Part shown: positions 9,757 through 19,260 of the stretch, one piece after another
Layout: every line of letters begins with the position of its first letter
Numbering within the stretch: position 1 is the stretch's first letter
Assembly: GCA_977020255.1 (NCBI GenBank)
Contig: CDROCS010005585.1
Location: 62,001-126,000, forward strand
From: Obrimoposthia wandeli
Taxonomy: Eukaryota
Direction: 5' to 3'
DNA: 64,000 bases
Program-made: the position numbers and the translations under genes
The notes under the pieces: generated by a model
Told to the model about the DNA's origin: nothing
The model's database searches: none
What the model saw: the letters and a program-made list of their open reading frames with translations, nothing else

Positions 9757-11541
9757 TTAATTTTTATAAATTATATTTTTAAACATCTTTACGAAGTCAT
9801 TATTGGGATCATCCGGGTCGTAATCCCTCCGACTAAGTATTATAGGAGAAAGCGGTACTGGTTCCTTCTTCTTTGGCCGACCCGGTTTCTTTTTGGGTTT
9901 CACCGGTTCTTTTGTAGCAATTGTCCTTCCCTCGTGTTTTGGCAATAGTTGCCGCAACTTTTTGGGAGGAGGTGCAGCCGATGTTGATGGCCCTGACATA
10001 GAAGTCCTCTTCCTCTTCCGCGGAGCTTTCTTTTGTTTCTCCTCCTTCTCACGTTGAAGCTGTCGTGAGACGGCATCATGTTGCCCACGCGAATCTGGAA
10101 GCATTGCCGGTGAATCCAGTTCCGCCAAGAATTCGTCCAATCCAGCTTCATCCCAGGCCCTCTTCAAGTTCTGGCTGGTTGTTGGACGAGAAGAAGCAGT
10201 CTCGTGCAGACGTGGTTGACTCGAGGGCGGACTTATCTCGATCGGTGAGACTGGGATCCTCTCATATAAAATTGGCCCGTCGTCCACTGGAGATAGGAGA
10301 ATCTCCTGCCGTCCAATCACCGCCTCAGAATAATGGCCAATTGAGGTGCTACATTTTCTCGAGCGCCTCGTCTTTTTCACCTCTGCCCTCTTCGTCCGTT
10401 TCCGCGAGAAAGGAGTAATTTCTCCCCAAGTCTCCTCAAATATCTGTACGGGTTCCTGCAAAATATTAATAAAATTTAAACATATAAATAATTTACCTCA
10501 ATGATGGGCAGGTTAGCCTGTTTCACCAACTTGACCTTCTTCCGAGTGAGGGTTTTGACCCGATGGCGTTGCGGTTTTTTAACTGCTGCTTGCTTCTTAT
10601 CCACCGGTTGAATAGGCGTCGCCTCTTCGAGAATGTTCTCCATCTATGTGAATTATTAAATGTAATATCTAAATAATTTACCTTAAAATTATCTGGAGAC
10701 GCTAGGTATCGGAGCTGACTCCTTGGCAGCTCCTGGCTGCATTGACTCGCCAAGTACTGCGGTTCAATCAGCCTCTCTGTCATGGTCACTGACGGTGCCA
10801 AATCCAGTTGAAGTTTCTGAAAATGAAATTAAAAAACATTTAAAATAAATGATGTCTAACCTCATTCGTCAATTTTATTCTCCTAACATGAGATTTCGGC
10901 CTTTTGAATGGTTCAGGCATTGTATTATCTGCTTTCGGAGTAGCAGAGGGAGTGAGACCATCCCAATCGTTGGTGAACAGGTGCCACTCGTCCTCGTCCA
11001 ATTCTGCTACCATCGACTCGTTGGCTCCTGGGGCTCCGATACTTGGCTGTATCCATTCGTCGATGAATGGAGTCAAGTCCTCCTCCCCATCCGACGGTAC
11101 ATCATCGGTGAACAGCTCCTCGTCTGAGTCTGGTGCGAGGACTTTCTCCGGCTGAGACAGCGGGATCAATTTCCATGACCAGGATCTCGTTGCTGCTACT
11201 GCCGAAGTTGCTGGACGAACAGCTTCTATGTTTTGCCTGGGAGTACAGTCTTCCCAATTCTCAATCGAATCCTGACTAGTCAGGTCAATATATTGGGATC
11301 TCTGTACCCCGCCTCTCACGTCCATTGGTTCTTCTCTTGGAGTTGAGCTTGCCAATGAGGCTTCTTCTTCCAACAGGTTCGCTCTTGCTGCTGCTTCTCC
11401 TTCGCTCACCACCGATGAGTCTTGACTATCTAAGTCAATGTATTGCGACGGTGGTGGCGTTCGCTACTGCACTGGAGAGAGATCCCCATAGAGTTGAACC
11501 TCCGTCTCTTCGTCTAGGTCAACGTTGTTGTAGAATGGCAT
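9757..11541 (-). pseudogene. Four-exon accessory gene (~553 aa; acidic N-terminus, SIM-like motifs, basic C-terminus with AT-hook-like GRP)
   Basis: Exons 11541-10861, 10816-10682, 10643-10497 and 10455-9757, all phase 0, separated by 44-, 38- and 41-nt GT-AG introns. A single TAG at codon 26. Confidence 0.72.
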
Positions 11542-11574
11542 TGTTGATTTATGAAAAATAATGAACGGAGGTGT

Positions 11575-11619
11575 CTTTATATACACAAACATCTTACTAA
11601 CCATCTTTTATTGTCCAAT
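11575..11619. promoter_or_regulatory. Putative promoter of the accessory gene (CCAAT + TATATAAAG)
   Basis: TATATAAAG on the - strand (11583-11575), ~35 nt upstream of ATG 11541; CCAAT at 11615-11619. TATA box is conserved in copy 2 near 25520. Confidence 0.55.
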
Positions 11620-11861
11620 GAGAGCCTCTTATTCAAATAATTTATATTTTGTAATGTTTTTTCGTGCCTGTAGATCAAGAATGAAGCCCGCCCCAAAAGG
11701 TCGGGTGGTGTATGTTAGGGTCTTGGGTATGACGCGGGTCGTTTACATTTGTAGTTGTGAGAGGTAAAGTGATACTGTAACGCGTGTATTTGTAGTTATT
11801 TTCGTGAGAATAGAGCCCGCCCCTAAGGGGCGGGTGGTGGTCGGTGGGTGTTTCCATCCAA

Positions 11862-11993
11862 CACCCGTCGACTTTCACCCATCACCCGTCGACTTTTACC
11901 CATCACCCGTCGACTTTCACCCATCACCCATCGACTTTCACCCATCACCCATCGACTTTCACCCATCACCCATCGACTTTCACCCATCACCCA
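11862..11993. repeat. Subterminal tandem repeat, 21 bp x ~6.3 (CACCC[G/A]TCGACTTTCACCCAT)
   Basis: Units start at 11862, 11883, 11904, 11925, 11946 and 11967, plus a partial unit. Confidence 0.97.
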
Positions 11994-12055
11994 AGGAAGT
12001 CTGTGATATACAGCAGACCGAGACATTCGCCCATCGCCCAAAAAAAGTTGTGACC

Positions 12056-12131
12056 CCCCCTTGTCCTTTAAAACCGTGCATGTGTGTGGAGTTCACTCCA
12101 CACACATGCACGGTTTTAAAGGACAAGGGGG
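12056..12131. repeat. Perfect subterminal palindrome/hairpin, 36-bp stem with TTCA loop
   Basis: 12056-12091 (CCCCCTTGTCCTTTAAAACCGTGCATGTGTGTGGAG) is the exact reverse complement of 12096-12131. Confidence 0.97.
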
Positions 12132-12259
12132 TGTGGATTATACCGGACACATCCACCTACTAATGATTACCAAAGTGATTACCATATGATATAACCAATA
12201 TTTATGCTAAATTTTTCCAATAAGGGTAGATTTGATATAAAAAAATTTAATCGTCTTTT

Positions 12260-12588
12260 CTTGCAGACTTACGCTTACCATTATTTGATACATTGCTCAC
12301 AACATTTCCTGTCCTCTCAAACTTTGTTAGAAGGACCCTAATTGTTGAAGATACATATGGACTTGTTTTTATTCTTTCCATCTTCACTGTACTAAAACCG
12401 GATACTTACCATCAGAATTCGTCTTAATCAAAAATAATCTATCTTTCAATAAATAATATGTTATTGGTTTATTTTGAAAATTAAATAAACTATATTAATA
12501 AATTTAAAAAAACTTCAAATGTTTAAAAATTAATATTAAAAAATATTATTCACATTTATAATCCATGTGTTTTATTAGAACCACCCTG
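12260..12588 (-). mobile_element. 5' fragment of a Tc1/mariner (maT/rosa-like) element
   Basis: End TA|CAGGGTGGTTCT resembles the TIR of the maT element at 15839. Minus-strand remnant RVLLTKFERTGNV resembles a Tc1-type HTH. Confidence 0.45.
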
Positions 12589-13014
12589 TATAATAAAAAA
12601 TAGTTATCAAGCTTTTGAAAAGACAATAGTGCATATATATTCTGTACGCGTAAAAGTTTTAAAAAGAATAAGAACACAAAAATGAGTCAAACATGCAAAG
12701 AAAAGATACATAATTTGTATGCCATTAAGAATATTCTTGTACAACAGTGAAATTTGGAAGTGAACCTTATATATTAGAACAAATCTTTATGTGATCTTTC
12801 TCTCCAAATTTTATGAATAATTTACCTACTTATATATAGTAACACATTAACAGAGTTATCCCATTAATGTGTGTACTAAGTATTTGTAACTGAGTTTTAA
12901 AATACACTTTTGTGATGAGTCATTTACGTTGGTTTGAGAGCAAGAAAAGTCACAGAAAAAACTGTTTTCTTCATTATCAAAAAAATTGAGTATTTTGTTT
13001 TATACTGTATAGCA

Positions 13015-13692
13015 CTACCTACTTGTTATGAAATATATTATTAATTTGACTTTTTTAGGCAATAAATCAAATGATGTTACATTAATAGGTTTTCTACCAT
13101 TCGAAACTCGACAAAGGGGAATGATTATAAGATAACAAAAGCTTAGGTAATACATCAACCAATTTCTCGTTACACATTTCAGTGAAAAAAAGAAATTTAT
13201 TAATGTACGATTAAATCTCTCTACCAGAGCTCCTTTAAATTGAGAAAATACAAAGTATTGATTAATACCGAACTTTTCAAATAAATTATCAACATTTTCA
13301 TCAATAAATTTCTTGCCTTGATCAGTTTGAATATTTACAGGTACAAGATCAATCAATAATCTTAGAGTGTCTTAAATATATTTTGCACATTTTGATTTTA
13401 CATGTATTGCACAAGCAAATCTTCTAAATACATCAATACATCTCAAAATGTATTTATAACCGCTACTATTACTAGTTTAAGGTATCAACTTTTTAACTTA
13501 TCAATAAAATCCATTAACCATAAATCATTAGCTCCACTAGCTTTGTACGATCCGGTTGAAAATCTTATTATTGTCGGTTTGCTGAGACTGTAGGTTAGTT
13601 GGTTGCTCTTGACTATATTCTAAGTTTGATTGTAAAGCTTCAACGCCTCTGTAGTCAGCTAAGTCTTCGATATCGTACCCCCATGTTTCCAT
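13015..13692 (-). pseudogene. Second, divergent adintovirus-type integrase (copy 3), heavily decayed
   Basis: Frameshifted remnants PTYSLSKPTIIRFSTGSYKASGANDLWLMD, GYKYILRCIDVFRRFACAI, NIQTDQGKKF and VERFNRTL align with the integrase at 39-1067. Confidence 0.85.
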
Positions 13693-13769
13693 TATAAAAA
13701 TATTATAAATTTATATTACGAAAATTATTATCCATGAAATTTATTATCTTGCAGCCTTTGCAAGTAAAG

Positions 13770-14060
13770 GACCCAGCAATATAAATATTAATGGTATTAT
13801 ACCACAAATAAATTCTCCGTTTTGTTTCAACAAAGCTTTAGTATGCCGAATTTACTCTTTCTATTCACAATATCAAGTAGTACCTCTAATATTTGTATAG
13901 AAATTTATACTTATGTTTTACAATCTCAACTTTACTATTATCCACTAATTTATCGATTACATGAGGCGGAATATATCTTTGGATTTTGTTTCTTTTAGTA
14001 CTTGAAGCTCTAACAAAAGTTTCAAACAATGGTACAATATTTTTTGGAATCATTTTATCA
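13770..14060 (-). pseudogene. Remnant of a small Polinton-type protein ending in KQNGEFICGIIPLIFILLGPLLAKAAR
   Basis: Resembles the Q-x-G-x-F-hydrophobic tail of small adintovirus/Polinton proteins; lies immediately upstream of the copy-3 integrase. Confidence 0.4.
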
Positions 14061-14672
14061 TATAATAGGCAAGATTTTGTTTATATTCTTTTCAATCTAA
14101 TTAACTTATCAATTTGTTAACTTACTTCATGAACTTCTTCTTTTTTTTTACTTTTTCTTAAAATGTCCTAAACTTTATTTTTCCTCTATTTTTGAATATA
14201 TTTACTGTATTACTGTCTTTGAGTACTTCTTTCTTCGTATTTTAATTCTTCTTTTTAATAACTTTATTTTCATTGTTTCTTACAGGAATACCTGGTTTCC
14301 ATTTTGGACCTACTCCCTCTGTTTTTTTTCTTTCTCAAACAACAATTTAACAGTTTTATTGGTGCATAATATTTTGTTTATAGACAAGCCCTTTAATTAA
14401 ATACTTATGTTATTTAAATACTTATCTTAAATCATATAGACATTGTCGTGTAAAGTCTAAAAATAAATACTAATGAAGATAGATAGCTGGATCTTGAAAT
14501 ACATCTCTTAAATATTGTAAGTTACAAGAAAAAGCATTTTTTGCTACAAAATACTCATTTACGTTTTTGTATCCATATGTTATAGATGTACATGTGTCTT
14601 ATTGTTTCATTTTAAAAGAATACATGAGTGTGTTGGAGTTTCTAATTTAAACTCTTGAATTAGATTCTCGTA

Positions 14673-15270
14673 TGGAGGCCCCCAACGTGAGTTCTGTAGC
14701 GATAGGGCTTACATATGGATGTGGCCTACCTGTTCTTTTCTTACTTAATTCTAGTCTCAAATCTGAATGTTTTTTGTGTATTATGGTCTTGTGGTGTGTT
14801 CAAAGAGTAATGTTCACAGAATAGCTAGTGGGACCTCAAAACTAGTGTTGTATGATGTAGTTTTACCAATTCCAATATCTTTATCAATGTTGTTTATTCG
14901 TGCATGTTCGAATTACCTCTCTGCTTTTATTCTGCAATATCCGAGAATTAATTTCTCTTTATATATAAAATTTACTCACCTCTCACTTCTCCCTTCTCGC
15001 GGCCTCGGAAGATGGAAGATGCCGACTGCGTCTCGAAGTATTGAGGTGCTTCTTTGCGAACTAATAGAGTCTGAGTGCTTCTTCGCAAACTAATGGAGTT
15101 TGAGTGCTTTTTCGCGAATTAATGGATTCACGTTCTTCCTACTTAATTAGTTTTCAACTTCCTTTCCGAAACCCAATCAAATCCCCTAGATTTATCTTCC
15201 TCGGCTCCTTCTCGAACTGTTCTACTCATTCCACACACATTTCCCCACAACCTCTTCAAGGTCCTAATTT
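14673..15270. mobile_element. Possible LTR-retroelement remnant (PBS-like TGGAGGCCCC plus a GC-richer segment)
   Basis: 10-nt match to a tRNA-Thr-type primer-binding site at 14673, but no canonical CA directly before it and no coding remnant. Confidence 0.25.
15046..15130. repeat. 29-bp tandem repeat x3
   Basis: GTGCTTCTT[T/C]GC[G/A]AACTAAT[A/G]GAGT[C/T]TGA units at 15046, 15075 and 15104. Confidence 0.85.
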
Positions 15271-15838
15271 ATTTTAATTCGATATTTTATTTTTCATTTT
15301 CTATTTAAATTCATTTCGACCTTTGATTTTAAGGTTAAAATTTATTAATATAAATAATTATTTTTTAATCTTATTCAATTTTCATTAATCTAACAAGTGT
15401 AATAAATCCACCATAATGCTTTAAAATTATTTTTTGTTTATCTAACTTTGTCTTTTGCTTAATTAAATTTTGTAGTATTTTCTTATACTTAAAACATTCT
15501 TTCTATATTCTGAACAATCAAACATATCGTTTCAATCAATTTTTCAATAACAGATGGAGAAAATGATTTTAGAAAATGTACTCTACTAGTATCCGGTATA
15601 TTCATTAGAATTTGAAAATAATAATATAATTTACTAATTTTTAAAAATACAATTGTTACAAATATAGGTAACAAAACATAAATATTTAAGTAAACTACTA
15701 AATAACGACAAACAATCAGATTAAGTTGGTTAAAGTGTTATACATTTTTATTTAGACATTCATAACGTTCATTATTATAAAGATTGAGAAAATTACTTCA
15801 GAAAAGAACTAGAAGAATGTGACAAAACCTTCGATATA

Positions 15839-17135
15839 CAGGGTGCGGAGAAAGTCCCCGATCTCATAAAACGTTAAATTTAACTACTAATAAAGGTTGA
15901 AATTAAACAAAAAATAACACACACCATTTTTTAGAGCTTTTTTTAACATTTATACTATCTATTTTCTAATGTGGCCGCCTTTGGCTTCAATTACACGCTC
16001 AAGTCTCCCCTGAAGCTCTTCACTGCGGCACGAAAGGATTCCTGGGAAATTTGGCCCATTCCCGCTTAAGAGACTTCTTCAAAGCTTCTGTATTATCATG
16101 GGCTGTAGCGCAGGCCTCTCTCTCCAAGATGGACCAGACACAAAAGTCCAGAGGGTTCAAGTAAGGTGATGAAGGAGGCCACAATTCCTTCCTCCAGAAA
16201 GCTGGAAAGTGATTTTCACACCAGTCCTGAGTTTTGTTCGCAGTGTGAGAGGGCGCACCGTCCTGTTGGAATGTGAAAGGGTCATTTTTGAAATGTTTCT
16301 TCATTTCAACATGGGCTGGAGTCAAAATATACTGGATGTACGAGTTTGCGTTAACTTTGGCACCCTCTTTAACAAAAATGAGAGAGGAACTCCAATTCTC
16401 AGAGATGGCAGCCCATACCATTACCGAGCTAGGTTTTTGGCGACGATAAACGGATTTTACCGAACTGGGAATGCTATCAGCACTCTTAGCTAAAATTCTG
16501 TCGTTCTGCGAGTTGAACTGGGCCTCAACAGTGAACATTTTTTCATCAGAAAAGACAATTACCCCAGCATCCGTGCCATCCTTCTTTCGGTTCAGGAGAA
16601 TCTTGACTCTTTCGACCCTCTTCTGTTTTTGCAATTCCGTCAGTTGTTGTATGTTGGTCATCTTGAAAGGGGATAACTTGAGATCATCTTTGTCAATTGT
16701 TCTGACAGTTTTTTCGTCAACTTTGAAGTCCTTGGCCATTTTCCTCATTCTTCGTTTGGGGTTCCTCCTTATTCGCTCCCTAACGGCCTTTATTTTGGCT
16801 GGGGTGCGAGCAGTTCGGGGTCATCCACTTCTGGGACGATCGTCTGATGTCCCAAGTTCTTTGTATCGGTTTACTGCATCCCGAACTGTTGATTTTGGAG
16901 CTTTTAAGATCTTAACAATTTCTGGGTTCGTCTTTCCCGCGCAATGAAGTTGGATAATGGCCTCACGTTTACTCATTTTAAACAAATGCAAATTAAATTT
17001 TAGGAAATTTGGATCTGAAACATATAAATATATGTATCTACAAACAAAATAAGCCAAAAATGGATAAATTTAGTTAAATAATAATATCTTTAATTCAATT
17101 TTCAAAATTCGATCGGGAACTTTCTCCGCACCCTG
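15839..17135 (-). mobile_element. Full-length DD37D (maT / Bmmar1-like) Tc1/mariner transposon, 1297 bp
   Basis: 25-bp TIRs CAGGGTGCGGAGAAAGT[C/T]CCCGATC with 1 mismatch and TA target duplication on both sides. Confidence 0.95.
15959..16976 (-). pseudogene. DD37D transposase
   Basis: MSKREAIIQLHCAG HTH; VFSDEK, FQQDGAPSH and SSPYLNPLDF, with 37 residues between the 2nd and 3rd Asp. In-frame TGA at 16821-16823 and two frameshifts near the C-terminus (original end likely ...VIEAKGGHIRK). Confidence 0.92.
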
Positions 17136-18053
17136 TATATATATCACCATATATCAATATATATACCACCAACAATGATCTAATTGAATAATTATTTCGA
17201 AAAATATCTGATACAGAATCTAGAATAAAGAATAATTTTACCATGTATATTTTAATTGTATATTTTTGCATGTAATTTCGATATTCAAGTAGTAAATTGT
17301 AATCAGTTTAACTTTTTATTTCACTTGTACTTTTTTAGAACGGATTCTCTTATGAGTTTTGTACGACATTTTTATTACGCTGAAAGATTTTCCAAAGGAT
17401 AACTTTGTAATATATTATCAAAGCATCACATTGTAATTGCTATGAATCCTGTGAAAATATCAAAAGAAGAAAACAAATATTTTATTGAAATTTTAACTAT
17501 ATCTGAAAATATTTTGATCACAGTCATCTTTTTAGAGATGATCCTAATTATTTGATTGGTTCACATTTAGATGGAGAAATGTGTAATATTCCAACACGGA
17601 ATACAGGATGCTATGTTGATGGCGATGAAAAAAGTACAACCTATTTGAACTTCGAGCGAATCAAATATGGGTTCTATATTTGATGTGTGTTGATTTAAAA
17701 AATGCCTTGAATTTAAAATTTTTCATGCGTTTGTTTTTTTCTAAAATATATAAATTTTACCAACATATGTTTGTCATATAGTTTACTCTTAACACACGTA
17801 AGAAATGTAATCATTTATTCATACAAAATTATAATCTATAATCTCGTCTACGACAAGTCGATTTTGTCCGATACTAACGAGGTCAATAAAACTATCCGGA
17901 TTCCTGTGGTATTATATTACCATTTAGAACTATTTTTGAGCATTTCTGTTCATCCTTGAAGATCAAATGTGAAAGTCATATCACAGGCAAGAAAATGTAT
18001 TCCTTACACACATGTACGGTTTGAAAAAAACAGAAGTTCCCAGTCCCCTAGAT

Positions 18054-18242
18054 GGATTAGACCGGGCACATCCATCCACTTTCAATTGATATAATTATAA
18101 TCATAAAATTACTTAACGGGCGTGAAAAAACGCTATAATATTTTTAAAAGAAATTTACTTACATTATTTTGATTTTTAACAATCAAATTTCATCTAAATT
18201 GCACAATAATAAACATTTGCATTGAAGTTTATATTTGGTTAT
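18054..18242. repeat. Left arm of a ~190-bp imperfect inverted repeat (partner 24625-24806); includes the adintovirus-like terminal motif at 18054-18080
   Basis: Aligns to the reverse complement of 24625-24806 at roughly 80% by eye, e.g. AATTTACTTACATTATTTTGATTTT and AATAATAAACATTTGCATT. Confidence 0.85.
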
Positions 18243-18518
18243 TTAAAATTTTTCATGTTATTTTAACCAGGACTCGAGATTTCAGTGTCCAAATTTCTAT
18301 TAAAAATAAAACCACATGATTAAATAGATAATTCAGGTAAACATATACAAATATCTCTATAAATAAGACCATTTAAACTATAAAATGCTCCGAACCCATT
18401 CTGTCTGATTATCTGATTCCAATAAAAGTATTTGCACTTGATATTTTACAACACCTACGGATATATTCTATTCCAACGGCGGTTCCACCCTTAATTTGAC
18501 CAAAGTTTTAATATATTT

Positions 18519-19260
18519 TCAGATTTTGATCATGTAGATCTCTTGGTTGACGCATGCGATTGTCATGAAGTCTGATGAGATATTTTCTGTCGTGGCCCAT
18601 CCAACCTTAATGACATTGAAAAGCATTGTGAGGTGCTCTTTCTGTGAGGATGTTGATGGCGTTACTTCGGTCTTCTTGAGATAGTGGATTTGGAGCATGG
18701 TTTCTGACCGTCTATCTTTGTCTTTGAGTTGTTTCAAGAGTCCCTCTCTATTCCTTTGGATATAAATGTCACATGGATCCTCGGTAGGTGGGTTGCTGGT
18801 GCTTTGATACTATTTCGGCTTTGTAGTCTAATTGGGTTACCTTGACGTTGCTGACGGGATTGATGACAAATGCATTATCCAGAAGGCGGTCAAAGACGAA
18901 CAGGATCCAATGATGTGGAGGCACGCAGTACGTGGAAAGGATGACAGTCTTTCCCATGAACATGCGAAATGTTATGTTTCGAAGTATAAATTCTTCATCA
19001 TGTCTCAAGATCGAATTCCCATAGGTCGGGGAAAGAACCAGGTATGCATTTTTCATGACGACTCTGTTGAGGACAATTTCAATGTCACACTCATTGAAGA
19101 ATGGAGTGATTTCAGCCGCAGTTGAAATTGGTGCAATGTTCTCAGCAAAGTCATCCGCACCGTCCAGCTGAACTAGTCAGCTGTAGGACAGATCGATGAC
19201 AGACTCGTTCGAGCTGTCAGAGTCGTCATCCAGGTCGACACCACAATCCTTGATGGGTTT
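18519..19260 (-). pseudogene. Decayed Ulp1/SENP-like (C48-type) cysteine protease, tentative
   Basis: FNECDIEIVL...VILSTYCVPPHHWILFVFDRLLDNAFVINP...HQQP/EDPCDIYI (frameshift before the Cys). Preceded by acidic ESVIDLS. Confidence 0.4.

Larger units (their letters stand above)
1..12161. mobile_element. Integrated adintovirus / Polinton-Maverick-like virus (copy 1), right-hand part; left end lies upstream of the window
   Basis: Syntenic set of rve integrase, penton, core protein, hexon and adenain (+ strand) converging on pPolB (- strand). Ends in ...CCACCTACT at 12161, i.e. 5'-AGTAG on the other strand as in Polinton termini. No packaging ATPase seen in the window. Confidence 0.93.

Noticed and set aside
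10523-10801. 92-aa ORF as an independent gene
   Set aside because: It is exon 2 of the accessory gene read through the 38-nt intron into the wrong frame of exon 3.
393-11466. Six of seven premature stops in copy 1 are TAG (393, 588, 6140, 7922, 9405, 11464), suggesting amber recoding or readthrough
   Set aside because: The hexon and adenain end naturally in TAG, and the same genes also carry frameshifts and a deletion, so this is decay. CAG>TAG and TGG>TAG are both CpA>TpA transitions, but ancestral codons cannot be fixed without a consensus.
11862-11993. CRISPR-like appearance of the short repeat array
   Set aside because: Head-to-tail repeats without spacers, in a eukaryotic context with no cas genes.
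11804-12163. Repetitive ORFs (DFHPSPI / MGESRWV / TFTHHPS)
   Set aside because: Translations of the 21-bp tandem array, which is open in several frames; no evidence of coding.
14673-14694. tRNA gene or tRNA 3'-end retrocopy
   Set aside because: Only ~10 nt match a tRNA-Thr 3' end; the spacing to the T-arm is wrong and there is no cloverleaf.
16209-16947. Plus-strand ORFs of 94 and 158 aa
   Set aside because: Antisense shadows of the maT transposase.
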